Positions 10,843 to 22,118 of a stretch of 49,837 nucleotides of DNA are shown one piece after another. The notes under the pieces are model-generated. The model ran no database searches and was not told where the DNA came from. It saw nothing but the letters and a program-made list of their open reading frames with translations. The position numbers were made by a program, and so were the translations under genes. Numbering within the stretch: the first letter of the stretch is position 1; the number at the start of each line of letters is the position of its first letter. This stretch comes from Klebsormidium nitens (Eukaryota > Plantae > Klebsormidiophyceae), in contig DF237576.1 of assembly GCA_000708835.1 (NCBI GenBank), positions 1 to 49,837 of the forward strand. Reading direction: 5' to 3'.

Positions 10843-13800
10843 ACTGCTGCAGCCCCGCGGCGGACGTGGCACGATCACGCACTTGGTGACAAAGTCCTCC
10901 CCGACCTGGTCCACGTCGCCAGGCCCTAGGTCGTCGCCCTCGAGCCAGCCGTCGTCCTCGGGTCTGGGGGGGGGTTCGCTGGACAGCCACCGCGGCACGC
11001 TGTCACCGGTCTGGGGGGCTGCTTCAGGCATTGGGTGATCAGCACCCGCACCAGACTCAGGAGGGTCAGCCCCTCTGCGCCCCATGTCCTCAACACGTGC
11101 GGGGCTCTGGTGTCGGGGTGGGCTGCCCTCCTCAGAAGAGGACTCAGACGAAGCCAGCATCGCACGAGCCCGGCGCCTGGTTTGAAGAGGGGAACGAAGG
11201 TTGGTTGCCCCCTCCGGCGCTCCTCGCTTGAACCTCCGCCTCAGAAGCTGGGGGAAGTCTTCTGATTCGGAGTCGATGTCCATCGCTGCGTTGTACCGGC
11301 CGTGCTGAACCACAGGGTTCTCTTCGTCTTGAGAAGCGTCGTCGAACATGGACCCTTGGGGGGTCTCCTCGTCCGAAGACTCCTCCTCTCTCTCGAACTC
11401 TGCCCCCTCAATGTCCTCGCCCTCTCCTTCCGATTCCGAGCTCTGAGATTCGTCCTCACTGGGTGAGTTCGTCAGCTGATGGTTGTCCTTGCTGGCCGCC
11501 TGCAAAGAGATGCGCTTGCTTTTTAGTCAGCAGACGACTGAGGTCGAAAATAAGCACCCAAGGTGGCCCGCTGGTTCATGGCGGTCTGGTCGAACTCCTA
11601 GTCGCTCATGGGGAAAGCGCACATGGGGTGCAGCAACTGTGAAAGCCTTTGCAAAAAAGCCAAAGCTGCTGGTCCAAGTGTCCGAGCTTTTGTCATGATT
11701 CTACCTTCGAGGTTCTTAGTGACGTCAGCAGCCCGTCCCGCGTAGTATGCGCTAGACTGACGGCTCAACCCTGTCCAAGTGTCCGAGGTCTTGCCATGAC
11801 TCTGACCTTGTGCTACTGCATGACGTCAGCAGCACAGCCCCCGGCGTATTGCGTTGTGTTCAACGCCCCGTGCTCGCCTCCCTGGACAAGTGCGCGTAGA
11901 AAAAGACGAAAAACTTCCGTGCTGACCCATGGGCGCTGACATCATCCGAGAAGGTCGAAGAAAAGTTTTGGCGAAAATAAATCGGACACTCGGACAGTCT
12001 CTGCGCTGTGGATTACAGCAAATTCTACCTGGCCTGGGCGCTGACGTCATCAGGGAAGGTCGAGACGAAAGTTTGGGCAAAAACTCGGACATTCGGACAG
12101 GCTCTGCGCTGAACGGCGGAGGCCTCGCCTGTCCAAGTCGCCCGAGCTCCGAAAACATATCATAGAGCTGCGACGACGTCAGCAACGAAACACCGTGAAT
12201 ACTTTTGGCAAAACCTTGGACACGTGGACAGAGCTCCAAGCGCCCAACCCTCCTTAAAGGGACCCCAATTTTACAATGTCTGGCGGATACCTTGGCAAAT
12301 GTTCAGTGTCCTTCTGAAGTGTCCAGAATTCAGACGAAATCTTCCGGAACCAGTACGATGACGTTAGCGAATAGCTGCCAGAATTATCTTATGCCAACCC
12401 CCGGACACTTCGACAGCCCCTTGAGTGCCCAGACTCACCGAAAGCAATTGCAATCAAAACAATGTCTGGCGGATAGAGGTTGTCCGAATGTCCCAAGCTT
12501 CGGAACAAAATCCCCAAGAGCCAGTCAATGACGTCAACGAAAACATGTCCGAGGTTATTTGGACCAGGCCTCGGACGTTTGGAGGGACCAGCGAGCCTAG
12601 ACCAGCGAGCCCTACTAATAAGCGGTCTTGCAAAAGGCGATTTTGGCCAGGTTTGGCGCTGAATCTTCAGCTCGGACACACACGATGACGTCAGCAGCGG
12701 ATCTCGGCCAGCCTGTTGCGTTGTCGTCACCAGAGAGAGAAAAGGGATACTTCACACCAAACCTCACGCACCTGGATTGGTGGCCAAAAGCAAAGGACCC
12801 CGTGCTTCGAAGGAGAGCTCTCCAAATAACGAAGCCCGTCGAACATGAGCCTACCTGGCGAAAGGGCGTCGTCTCCTGCACCGCAGCGCGGGGGCTGGCA
12901 CGCGTAGGAAGTGCTGACGTGGCCGCAGACATGGACGCATCTCGGACGGATGGCCCGGCAGAAGTGGCCGCTGTCGCTGCGACGGGAGCCATCGATTCGC
13001 CGTGCTGGGGCACCGCCTGCACAAGTTCCAAATCGATCACATGAGAAAAGAGAAGCCGAAGTCAAACATCTCACCCGAGTTAGCCGCACAAGAAAAGCAA
13101 GTAAGATCACAATCACAACCGGGCAAGCTCCGATCAGATGTTAGGATAGGAGACACGCCGAAGCTGATCGCGCGCGCATCAGGTTCACTAATTCGTGTAC
13201 ATCCTCAAACAATGTCGTGAATGCCTGGGAATGTACACGAAGGGAGGGCAAACATGATCGACTATACACTTCCGTACGAACTGCTCAGGCCTCAACTCGA
13301 CGAGAACTTGAACAACTTCGGAAAGACAATCGACCATGGAAAGTGGGCACACCTGGCGCGCAAGAGACTCCCTGCGCTCCTGCCCCGAACGAGGGTGGAT
13401 GCGGCAAACGCTGAAGTACTGGCGCAGCTCCTCGGATTCGCGCTCGTCGTCCCAGCCCCAGAAAGGGTCGTCGTCATTACGAAGGTCCCCCCACTCGCTC
13501 GACGTAGCAGACTGCCCCCCTTCCTCGGAGCCCGACTCGCCAGCTTCCGCTTCCGCTTCCGACAAGATCACCCGGCGACGACGCCGCTGACGGGGCTGCG
13601 ACTCTCCACTCTGTTCGCTCCCTACGCGCTTGACCCGCTTGCGTGGCCCCCCCAATTGAACGCCCGACTCTGTCTCTGACGGCCAGAGCTCGGCGTCCAT
13701 TGCAGCGTACTCGCAGAATGGGGGGTGGTCCAGTGGCTGAGGCGAATCGTTCCTGAAGGCACGGTCCTGCGAAGTCTCCTCGTCAGAAGACTCTTCCTCC

Positions 13801-14724
13801 CGGTTGAATTCCACGTCCTCTATGTCCTCTCCCTGGGACTCTGCTTCCATGCTCGGACCGCCACTCTCCTGATAGAAAGAGAAAGGAACGGAAATGGTCA
13901 GAATGAGGGGATGCTTGGATGGACGCACTGCTTTTTAGGCGAATGTGTGAGCACCGTACACAGCCCACAGCCTTAGATCGACGGGAGATACCTCAGCCGC
14001 GCCCTGTTTGCCTTCAAGCCGTTATTAAAGCGCGTGCCCGATAGCCACATACACGAGCCATCATTACAGGAGATTCGCATAAGAGCCCCGTAAAAATGCA
14101 AAAACGCTGAAGACTGGCGGGGAGTCGGGCGCCCTGTAGGTCCACAAGAGAGAGGGGCTGAAGGCAGCCCTCTATCTGATGGTCAACGTCAGCATCGGAT
14201 CATGTGAAGCTGCCGCTTCAGCTGCCGACTCAGAACATTAAGAAAACCTCCAGTCCCTGCGAGATCTGATTGAATACTTTCTGCCTCCAAACTTGGCGTC
14301 ATCACGATTCTTTTTAAGCCTGTTACGTGGGCGTCCAAGATGTCCAAGCTTTTGCCTAAACCTTTTCGAAGATTGATTTCATGACGTCATCCGTACTCTC
14401 ATACCCTATGGCCTGACCTTCGGTTGGATACTCGAGATGGTCCGAACTCTAACCTGAAGTACCCTGCTCTGTGAACTGCATTTTGTAGTGTCGAATCACC
14501 AAATGTTGTGAACAACACCGTAAGAGATACAAAAAAGCGCTCACCTCCATCCTCGCGTCCTCCACGTCCCAATCTCCTCCACCGCTCCCCACAGGGGTCG
14601 GGCGCGACTGCGACAGGGGCGGGAACGAGGCTGAGGCCGAATCCGCGCTGCCCACCACCCCGTCTGATGAGGGCCCCGGGTTGCTCTCGACGCAACCAAT
14701 CATCAAGAGTATTGCTGCATACAT
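10843..14724 (-). CDS. Putative 5' exons of the Prim-Pol-helicase gene (14724-14545, 13868-13353, 13016-12855, 11499-10843): 2A-like peptide + acidic disordered regions
   Basis: Each exon has a canonical CAG acceptor and/or GT donor, and all junctions are phase 0, including 10843 to 10141. Exons 13868 and 11499 are paralogous (GEDIE.{2}EF.REEESSDEET.Q). Membership in one transcript is inferred, not shown. Confidence 0.5.
11670..12700. repeat. Cluster of TGACGTCA/GTCCRAG units in both orientations (intron 11500-12854)
   Basis: Forward units at 11720 and ~11821, reverse units at ~11936 and ~12042, a symmetric unit at ~12175 and degenerate ones at ~12359, ~12529 and ~12686. Confidence 0.8.
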
Positions 14725-14984
14725 CGGAAAGAGGGCGATTAGGGTGCACTGCGATGCTCAAACGTTTGGACAACTCGCAACAAAAAGAGAACGCTGACAA
14801 AAAGGGCTTCCCTGCAGGATGAAAGGGGCAGGCACTGCTAAGCAGAACGTAGGGTATTCAGCGCCTTACCTAGCAGCGCATGGCTCATGGGCTTCGTGGG
14901 GGGCAGCGCCGCTTTGAAGTTGGCCGCCTCCCAAACTGCACAAGCAACAAACGACGCGATCAGCTGAAAGCGACAAGACACTGA

Positions 14985-15490
14985 TGACGTCAGCTGATGA
15001 CGTCAGCAATCTGGACGACAGAAATACTTTGCGCTAGAGCTTGGACAACTCGGACAGGGCCTGTCCGAGTCCACGCCGTCAACTACAGACTGGCGGTCTG
15101 GTGACGTCGGCAAGCTGGACGACAGAAATACTTTGCGCCGGAGCTTGGACAGTTCTGACAGGCCCTGAGCGAGTCCATGCCATCAGTTACAAGGCACTAA
15201 TGACGTCAGCAAGTCGAACAAAGGAATACTTTGCGCGACAGCTCGGACAGCTCGGACAGCTCGGACAAGCCCTATCCAAGTCCACGCTATCAACAACAAT
15301 GAAACGATGACGTCAGCAATCGAACGAAGGAACTATTTTGCGCCAAACCTTGGACAGATTGGACAGGGCCTGTCCAAGTCGACGCTATTAGTTATAGGAG
15401 ACTGATGACGTCAGCAATCGAGCGACGGACTTACATTGTGCCGGACCTTGGACAAATGGGACAGGCCTTGACCGAGTCCATGCTGTCAGC
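14985..15490 (-). repeat. ~100-bp degenerate tandem array, same family as 4735-5130 in opposite orientation
   Basis: Cores at 14985, 14998, 15102, 15201, 15308 and 15406, followed after ~34 nt by CTYGGAC.. and a GGACAGGGCCTGTCC-type palindrome. Confidence 0.9.
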
Positions 15491-15650
15491 TACAACTTGC
15501 AAGAGAAACCCCTAACTCAAGGGAAACCCCTAATTGAACCCGTCAGCAAGGAACGACCGAAAAACAAACTGGAGATGGATGACCAGATCATTTCACCCCA
15601 GAGCTTAAACCTTTGAGAGCAAGAGCCTCGCAAGGCAGCAGAAAACTCAC

Positions 15651-16046
15651 CTGGCAAGCAGGAGGCTGACTCTGCAAGAGACGTGGCAGGCCCCTCCATC
15701 TGCTGCAGCTCCTCTTCGAGCCATGCAACCGCCGCTTCCAAACGGCGCTGAACTCGACCCCGTACCCAGACTGCAAAAGGCAGGCGCATTGAATTGAGAC
15801 CCTATGTGACGACAAACATGAAATCTTTAATGGACACAGCTGTACATGCATAAGCTTGCAAGAATGCTTCAGGCCTGTGCAAAGGCTTCACAAACCTCTC
15901 ACCTGCGCGGTCTTTGTCGATGCAGAAGCAGCCGTTGAAACGGGAGTGCGCGCTGCAGAGGTATCTCGTTTCCCCACCCTCCTTGCTTCCACGAAGCCCA
16001 TACTCCGCGGTGGTGCCGCACTCATGGCAATGAAGGCTATGTGGAT
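15651..16046 (-). CDS. Internal exons (16046-15903, 15770-15651) of an unknown gene with a Cys/His motif resembling the EsV-1-7 repeat
   Basis: The phase-1 junction gives HCHECGTTAEYGLRG..YLCSAH..GCFCIDKDRA|VWVRGRVQRRLEAAVAWLEEELQQMEG. First and last exons not found. Confidence 0.4.
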
Positions 16047-19000
16047 CTGGGAAGGATGTGGGAGAAATCCAAGTTTCAGGTGCAAAGCTTGTGCAGTCTA
16101 AAAGCGTCGAGAGCACTGCAAGCTGGGCTTGACCTGTCTGTCCAAGTGTCCAAGGTCTGGGGTAAGATTTTGAGTGGCATCAATCTGCTGACGTCATCCT
16201 ACAGGCTTCAAGATTTTTGCTTGGACACCTGGACAGTCAACTTCTTGGCCACATAGAGTTCTTGCTCTCACAACAGTCCTGGATCCTTGCCTTCTATTGG
16301 CAAATGAGTTTCAGTGTCCAAGGAACATGAATCTTGCCCGTGAAACCCAACTCAAGTTCCTTATTCAACTTGGTAGCAGCAACTTAGACGCGTGCTCCAA
16401 AGAACGAAAGAATCAAACCAGACACTTGGCGTGCACTCACCGGCACTATGCATGCTGATTGCCAACTTTGCGCTGGCCCACAGCCGTCCTGAGAGAGGGA
16501 TACTTCAGCGCTGCAAGCGGCACGCTGCTTGTGAGAACACTCGGTAGAGATCTAGATGGGCCACCCGTGTTCATTCACCCAGGCGTCCTGCAAGTATAAT
16601 AGCATGTATCAGTTGAGTCCAGAAAAGACGCAGTCTCTGATTGGCACTAGACATCAGTCACACGGTGTTAGGCATGCGATGCATGCTCGAACCCAGCTGC
16701 TTGACTTTGTGATGGGAGCTGACGGTCCTGCGAAGCTGGAGACCTTACATGCCTCATGATGGTCTTTGTCTCAGAAAGAGACCGGAATCTATTTGACCTT
16801 AGGATTGACTCCTACGTGCTGCAACCTGAAAACACAATGACTCTGAAAGCCCAGATTCTACAACCGCTGAGGCACAGCCATTTCTTCAGTTGCCAGCAAT
16901 CAGCACTTGAGGGACACCACAAATACAAGTCTATAAAGATGCTTTATAGATGTAAAACCCCCGGCAGCTTCAATAGCCACCGTTGCAGCTCAAAAAGGTA
17001 ACTCTTCAACGATGATTCATTCAGCAACAAGGCACAGCTTGAAAAAGCAATAGATGCTCACCACAGAAAGTTGCGCTCCCTCGCCTCCAGCTCCCCTAAC
17101 CTGAGGTTCTGCAGATCGATGTACTCCCCCCTTCTGAATGCTGGAAAAAGCCCTCTGGAGCACCTTATATATGGTGCACCGCCGGAAGCCGCCAACGGGT
17201 GCCATTCCCTGCCAGCCAGCCTGGCATATCTCAAGCCAGCTGAGTCAGAAGATGCTTTGCTGACTAAGCAGATGGACAGCTGGCAGGGCTGCAAAGTGGT
17301 GCCGGAGCCCGCCATTGTGTGCCGCATTGTGCCGGGCTGCCAGCTAGCTGCATGGTGGACAGCTGGCAGATTGCATGCAGAAGACAGCTTAGCCATCCCC
17401 ATTGCTGACCAACTCGTAGGAGAAAAGTCAGGGTATCAAAAACCTGAGAAAAACACGCCTTACGCAAGAGCCTACGTTCTGCTCAGGGCAGCCATTATGT
17501 GGCCCTTCTCTTCAAACTCCAAAGGTGCTGCAAAGCCAGCTTCAACTTCACGTTCAGGTTCCAAGTTCAAGCATGTCTGACTAGAGTACTCTCAGGAGTA
17601 GCCTGAGCGGAAAATGTTGTGACTGACAGGTAAAATGGGCCCGGTTTCGAATTTCACCAGCCTATACAGAAGTGTACAGGCCCTTATAGAATGCTTTCTG
17701 CTCCAAGACTGCCCGGCTAGGCTGCTAAAGGTAATCTTGCTTATAGAATATCTGGGAGAATTTAGAAGTGGGCCGGTGGGAATTGGCATTTGCGCCGTAA
17801 GTCTGTGCGCTCGGATGGTGTGCACCGCCTTGCATCTTCCAAACGTCAGGGAGCATGCAGGCTTTCGATCCGGGTTCGGTCTCCACAGGGGTTCTCCAAC
17901 CGGTTTGGCCCGGGGGGGCTGACGTGACGCCCCTCTATATGCCGTTCAACCATACAGATTCTCGACTACCTAGTGAGGCCAGACGTAGTCAGCTTCAAAA
18001 TCTTATAAGGCACAGATATGCACCACAGCACATGCCGATCAAAAACGCGATGAATGGTAAAGAAAAGTGCGTAAACTTGGTCTATAATCGTAGCGCTGAA
18101 AAGGAACTCCCGCTTGATGACATTTGCTCTAAAATGGCATATACAATAGCGGTTCATACATGCGGACCATGGCAGCCGGCACACCACTCGAATATATCTT
18201 GCATGAGGCTACATAGAAATTTCGTAGATCGACTGGTGCACCAAATGGTGCACCAACAAACTTTGTGGTCGTTCTATACGCCGCGCTTGGAAAAGATATG
18301 GCTTTGACATGACTCGTGACTTAAAATCACCTTTTGCGGGACCTGTTGTTTTACACATGACTTGCATCCAGCGCATTTGGACAATCTACACAAGTGTGAT
18401 CTCAAAACATTCTCTTACGCACCGCCAAACGGGTCTAACTATTGACATTGGTTACACCGGGGCATCCTTTGGGGGTTTCAGGTCTGCACGAGAGAGATGC
18501 AAATAAATCAGACTTCCAAACGAACATTGAAGATCTCCGCGCAAGCTCTACCGCCGAAGTGTGTCCAAAAGTGGTCTTCAAAGCAGTAGCAATGAGGTAA
18601 ATCTCTGCTTCTATCTACGAGGCACAATGGATTTGAGAGGCGCAGATATGCTGTGAGAAAGTTGGGGCAAACAGGAGGAAAGTTTTGGCTCAGAAACATC
18701 TTCCTTAAGTCCCTAGGTGGCGGCTCAAGCATTCTGTACTCCAGATGCTACTGGCTGTATTGGCGACTAGAGCTGAAGAGAGTTTCGTCCAAAACCATTT
18801 CCGAGAGTGCTTACATTCACACCAAAGCAAGAAACTCACGTTTCAGATGGGGTTCGAGCTCTCGCAAAGCTTCGTCCATAACCTGTCCCGCAAGGAGGAA
18901 GGGGTGCTTCGGTTGTGTCCGAATCTCGTACGGAAAGCCCAGAATCCTGCAAATTGACTACTATGTCTGTCACAGACCAGGGTGCGGAACGTATATAGCA

Positions 19001-19674
19001 CAACTTTCCTCAACGAGCAGGGATTTCGAGGTGAGCCAACAAAGAAAAAGAAGTAGAGGAGATTGTGGCCTCAATGGCATGGGGGGCAGCTTTGATGACG
19101 GTTCCAAATGATCCCCAAACGACATTGTTCGCAGCTGCAGCCGAAGTCAAAAAGCACGATAACATCCCAAGGAATTTGGAAGCCGCTGCCGAACCAACTG
19201 ATCAAGCCTAAAGGCGTCTCAACCCTCAATGAAGAGCAACTCGTGTCACTTCCTTGCCAAAATGTTTCAAGGCTAGTACTGCTGGTGGAGACATGGAGAA
19301 GAAGAAAAACAGCTTCCAACCACGAAGCACCTAAAGGGACCTTTCCACTTACTCGAAGCACGAGGCCAGCAGTAGGGTTTCTTCATCTTCTTGGTCCCCC
19401 CTCCAGAGGATGAACTTTTGGGCGTTTGGGTCGAGTAGATGGTGCGGCATATGCGATGCAGTCCAAATAACCTGAGCGTTACTCTCGATGTACCGCTGCA
19501 AATCACCGAGCCGCTTCTGGACAATCGGAACCCCCTCTTTTGATGCGCAGGTGTGGCAAAGGAGCGCACCGTCTTCACTGCAAAGTAGAAACCCATAAAA
19601 TGGTAGTAAGTATAGTTACTAATTGAGTTAGGACTAGTCCTATTCAGACTTGACTATCGTCAGGCAATACAAGC

Positions 19675-22118
19675 TCAATCTCTACTCCTCAAGACGGGGC
19701 GTCTTTTCCAGCGGGCGAAGTCTAGAGCGCTGGCACTTGTGCAATACCGATTTTCATTGTGAGGATATCGAGCAGGAACCATGGGAGATATCTGAACTTC
19801 CTTAAAGAGAAATCTGATTACTACTTCTTCAATTTCCATCAGATGCTTCAGGTCAACGGGCTGCTGCTCAGGTCGCTTTTTGTGATGACTGCAAATCAAA
19901 TGATTGTCGCTTGTTGAATATGAAAAGTAGGACAGTCCCGATGCAGAGACTCAGATCACTTCTGCCTATTAGCCCAGAACATTTTGTTGCGTCTAAACCA
20001 GAATTGGTGTTCTCTGGATGTCTTTCAATTCGAAATAGTGCACCAACTCATAACCCTCATCAGGATTCAGTGGCCGATCGTGCAAATTGCCTGGTTCCCT
20101 TCACACACAAGCGGATAGGCTCACCATCTTGCCAGGTGGGCGATGACAGACCATTTAGAGAACTGTGGGTTGGTGAGCCTGTAGCACTGGGCCCCGGTCT
20201 TTGGATGCGAGAACGGCTCCTTCGTGATCACCCCTGCACTTTCGAGCTCGGTGAGGTACTTGATGCAGGCTGAGTGTGAATGCTCGCCAGCCAAATGCGA
20301 CTTGAGGATCTCGCCAGCCGTGGCCTCAAGAACGGTTTTCTTAACGGACTGGCCTGTCTTGCGCTCAAGGTCGGATATGGCGTCGATGTAATCTGCAAGA
20401 CAGAAGGTCCAGTGTCAGCAAAAAAGGCGAACTTGCTAGTGACACAAGTACGTGTTTGTTACATAGCGTGTACGAAAGATTCATGTTCGCCACGGATTCT
20501 TGCTGACTTTGGAAAAGTGCAAGATGCGAAAAGAAAATGGTTGATCGGAAATGGGGGTTTAGCAGGGAAAGTTTGGTAGGCCGGTTTGCGAGGTTCAGCA
20601 GGAGTATTTGCTCGGAATGGCAGGGCATGCCGGACTCGCAAACCATATTAGGGAGGAGTTTGGCAGGTTGTGACTGGCAAAGTTCATCAAACTGTACCAG
20701 CAGGCAGCAGTCTGTATTGGACAGAGTTTGGCAGGGTTTGGCAGGCAGAGTTTGTCGGTTTCAACCGATCAGACTGCCAAGTTCTAACATTGGCGCACCA
20801 TGAAATAAAGCCATCAGTCTGGAGCCCATTTTTGCATCAACGAACTAAAGTACGACGAATAGTGTGGCCTCTAACACCACTCTATTTCCAATTACCGATG
20901 TGCATTCAGTATGTGTTAAGCCAACTCTCTGAGTTCAATCAGCAGCAACTCTGACACATGGTATTCTGACCTGGCGTGATGTCCGCCTCTCTCTGTCATA
21001 AGTATTAATCAACCCTTTCTTAGAGTTCCAGCTCCTCTCATCATACTTTCCTGTCTCCTAACGTAGGTGCTTCCGAGAACAGCAGGGAAGAAAAGCAAAC
21101 CAGGCCTTCTCCAGTACTTGCCTCATGATTGCGCGGAGCATGGCAGGATGCCCGTTGCTTCCCATGCACTGTGAATGTATCCTACTGTAACAGAGCATTC
21201 AGCTTGAACTTGGAAGCAAACCAAAAATCTGAAATGCTCTTCCATATGAGAACCCAGGCCATTGCACAAGAATCCCCTTCAGACAATTCAGAGGGAACCA
21301 CTCACTGGTAACATGCTTTGAGTTCAGGTAGACGAGACTGCTGTACCGGTCCTTGAGTCCTTGCACAACCTTCGTCGTCTCCTCAGCCTTCTCCCTCGCT
21401 TCTTCCGACAGCGCGCCCCACCTGTGTTCTGCAGCAGCCAGTTTACTGAGAGCATCCTTCGACTCTCGCTCCAACCCTCGGATGTACTTGATGACTGCGG
21501 CACCCCAGCCACTCTGCCACAAGAAAATGCTTGCTAAGTGAGTCTTGAACTGCAGAAACTTCCGACTTAGAACACGAACAAAGACAAAGTAAAAAGTCCA
21601 CCCACAGCTCAAGTGCTGAAAAAAACCTGCACGACAGACTCAGGCAACCGTGGTGAGCAACTGACATGGTTTACTAAACATTCAGATTTGTGAAGATTGG
21701 GGGCTTTGCAGAATGTCCTTTCAGTGCCAAAGAGAAGACGCAGCAGAAGGAGGGTGAAGTAGATAGGGCTCCTGTTCAAGATAAAGCGACTTGTGATCTA
21801 CGGGGACAAGCATATTGCAGAGGATGACAGCAAAAAAGAACAGTACTGCTGAGCATCCATGGAGGCCAAAAGAACGACACAATAAGGCAACATTAAAGCG
21901 GGGCCTGATTCAGTGGACAAAAGCCCCCGGTGATGCTTCTTGATAGAAACGATCCAGTTGCTCAACAGCCTCTACGAAACCTTCTGCTACAGCTCAACAG
22001 CCTCTACAAAACCTTCTGCTACATATCTTACCTGAAAAGCACTCTTGAGTTGGACCACAGAGGCCTTGTCTGCTACCACAGCTTGCTCCAAGTCAAGCAG
22101 CGAATCAACCGCATCAAA
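19675..22118 (-). CDS. Spliced gene of unknown function, partly coiled-coil (exons 22118-22032, 21549-21306, 20392-20125, 19888-19675; 5' end unresolved)
   Basis: Canonical splice sites with consistent phases (0,1,2) join into one open frame: FDAVDSLLDLEQ..FQ|FKTHLASIF..EEAREKAEETTK..VT|NYIDAISDLERK..LAR|CHHKKRPEQ..stop. Confidence 0.55.
21960..22023 (+). repeat. 32-bp direct tandem duplication (intronic)
   Basis: GCTCAACAGCCTCTAC(G/A)AAACCTTCTGCTACA x2 with one mismatch. Confidence 0.95.

Larger units (their letters stand above)
1..16240. mobile_element. Endogenous virus-like / integrative element cluster (tyrosine recombinase + two Prim-Pol replicase genes + orphans); left boundary outside window, right boundary approximate
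   Basis: Tyrosine recombinase, Prim-Pol, primase-type Zn finger and D5/SF3 helicase genes lie together, with compact gene spacing at 1-3.5 kb. The bipartite TGACGTCA repeat family appears confined to ~4.7-16.2 kb. No terminal repeats or att sites identified. Confidence 0.7.

Noticed and set aside
4735-15490. ~100-bp periodic arrays as CRISPR-like repeat-spacer loci
   Set aside because: Units are homologous along their whole length (degenerate tandem repeats) rather than constant repeats with unique spacers. There are no cas-like genes and the context is eukaryotic.
16500-19600. Possible multi-exon gene(s), e.g. ORFs 17071-17580 (+), 18745-18957 (+), 19273-19596 (-)
   Set aside because: Some splice-like signals and protein-like stretches exist, but I could not build a phase-consistent model or recognise a domain. 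Left unannotated.
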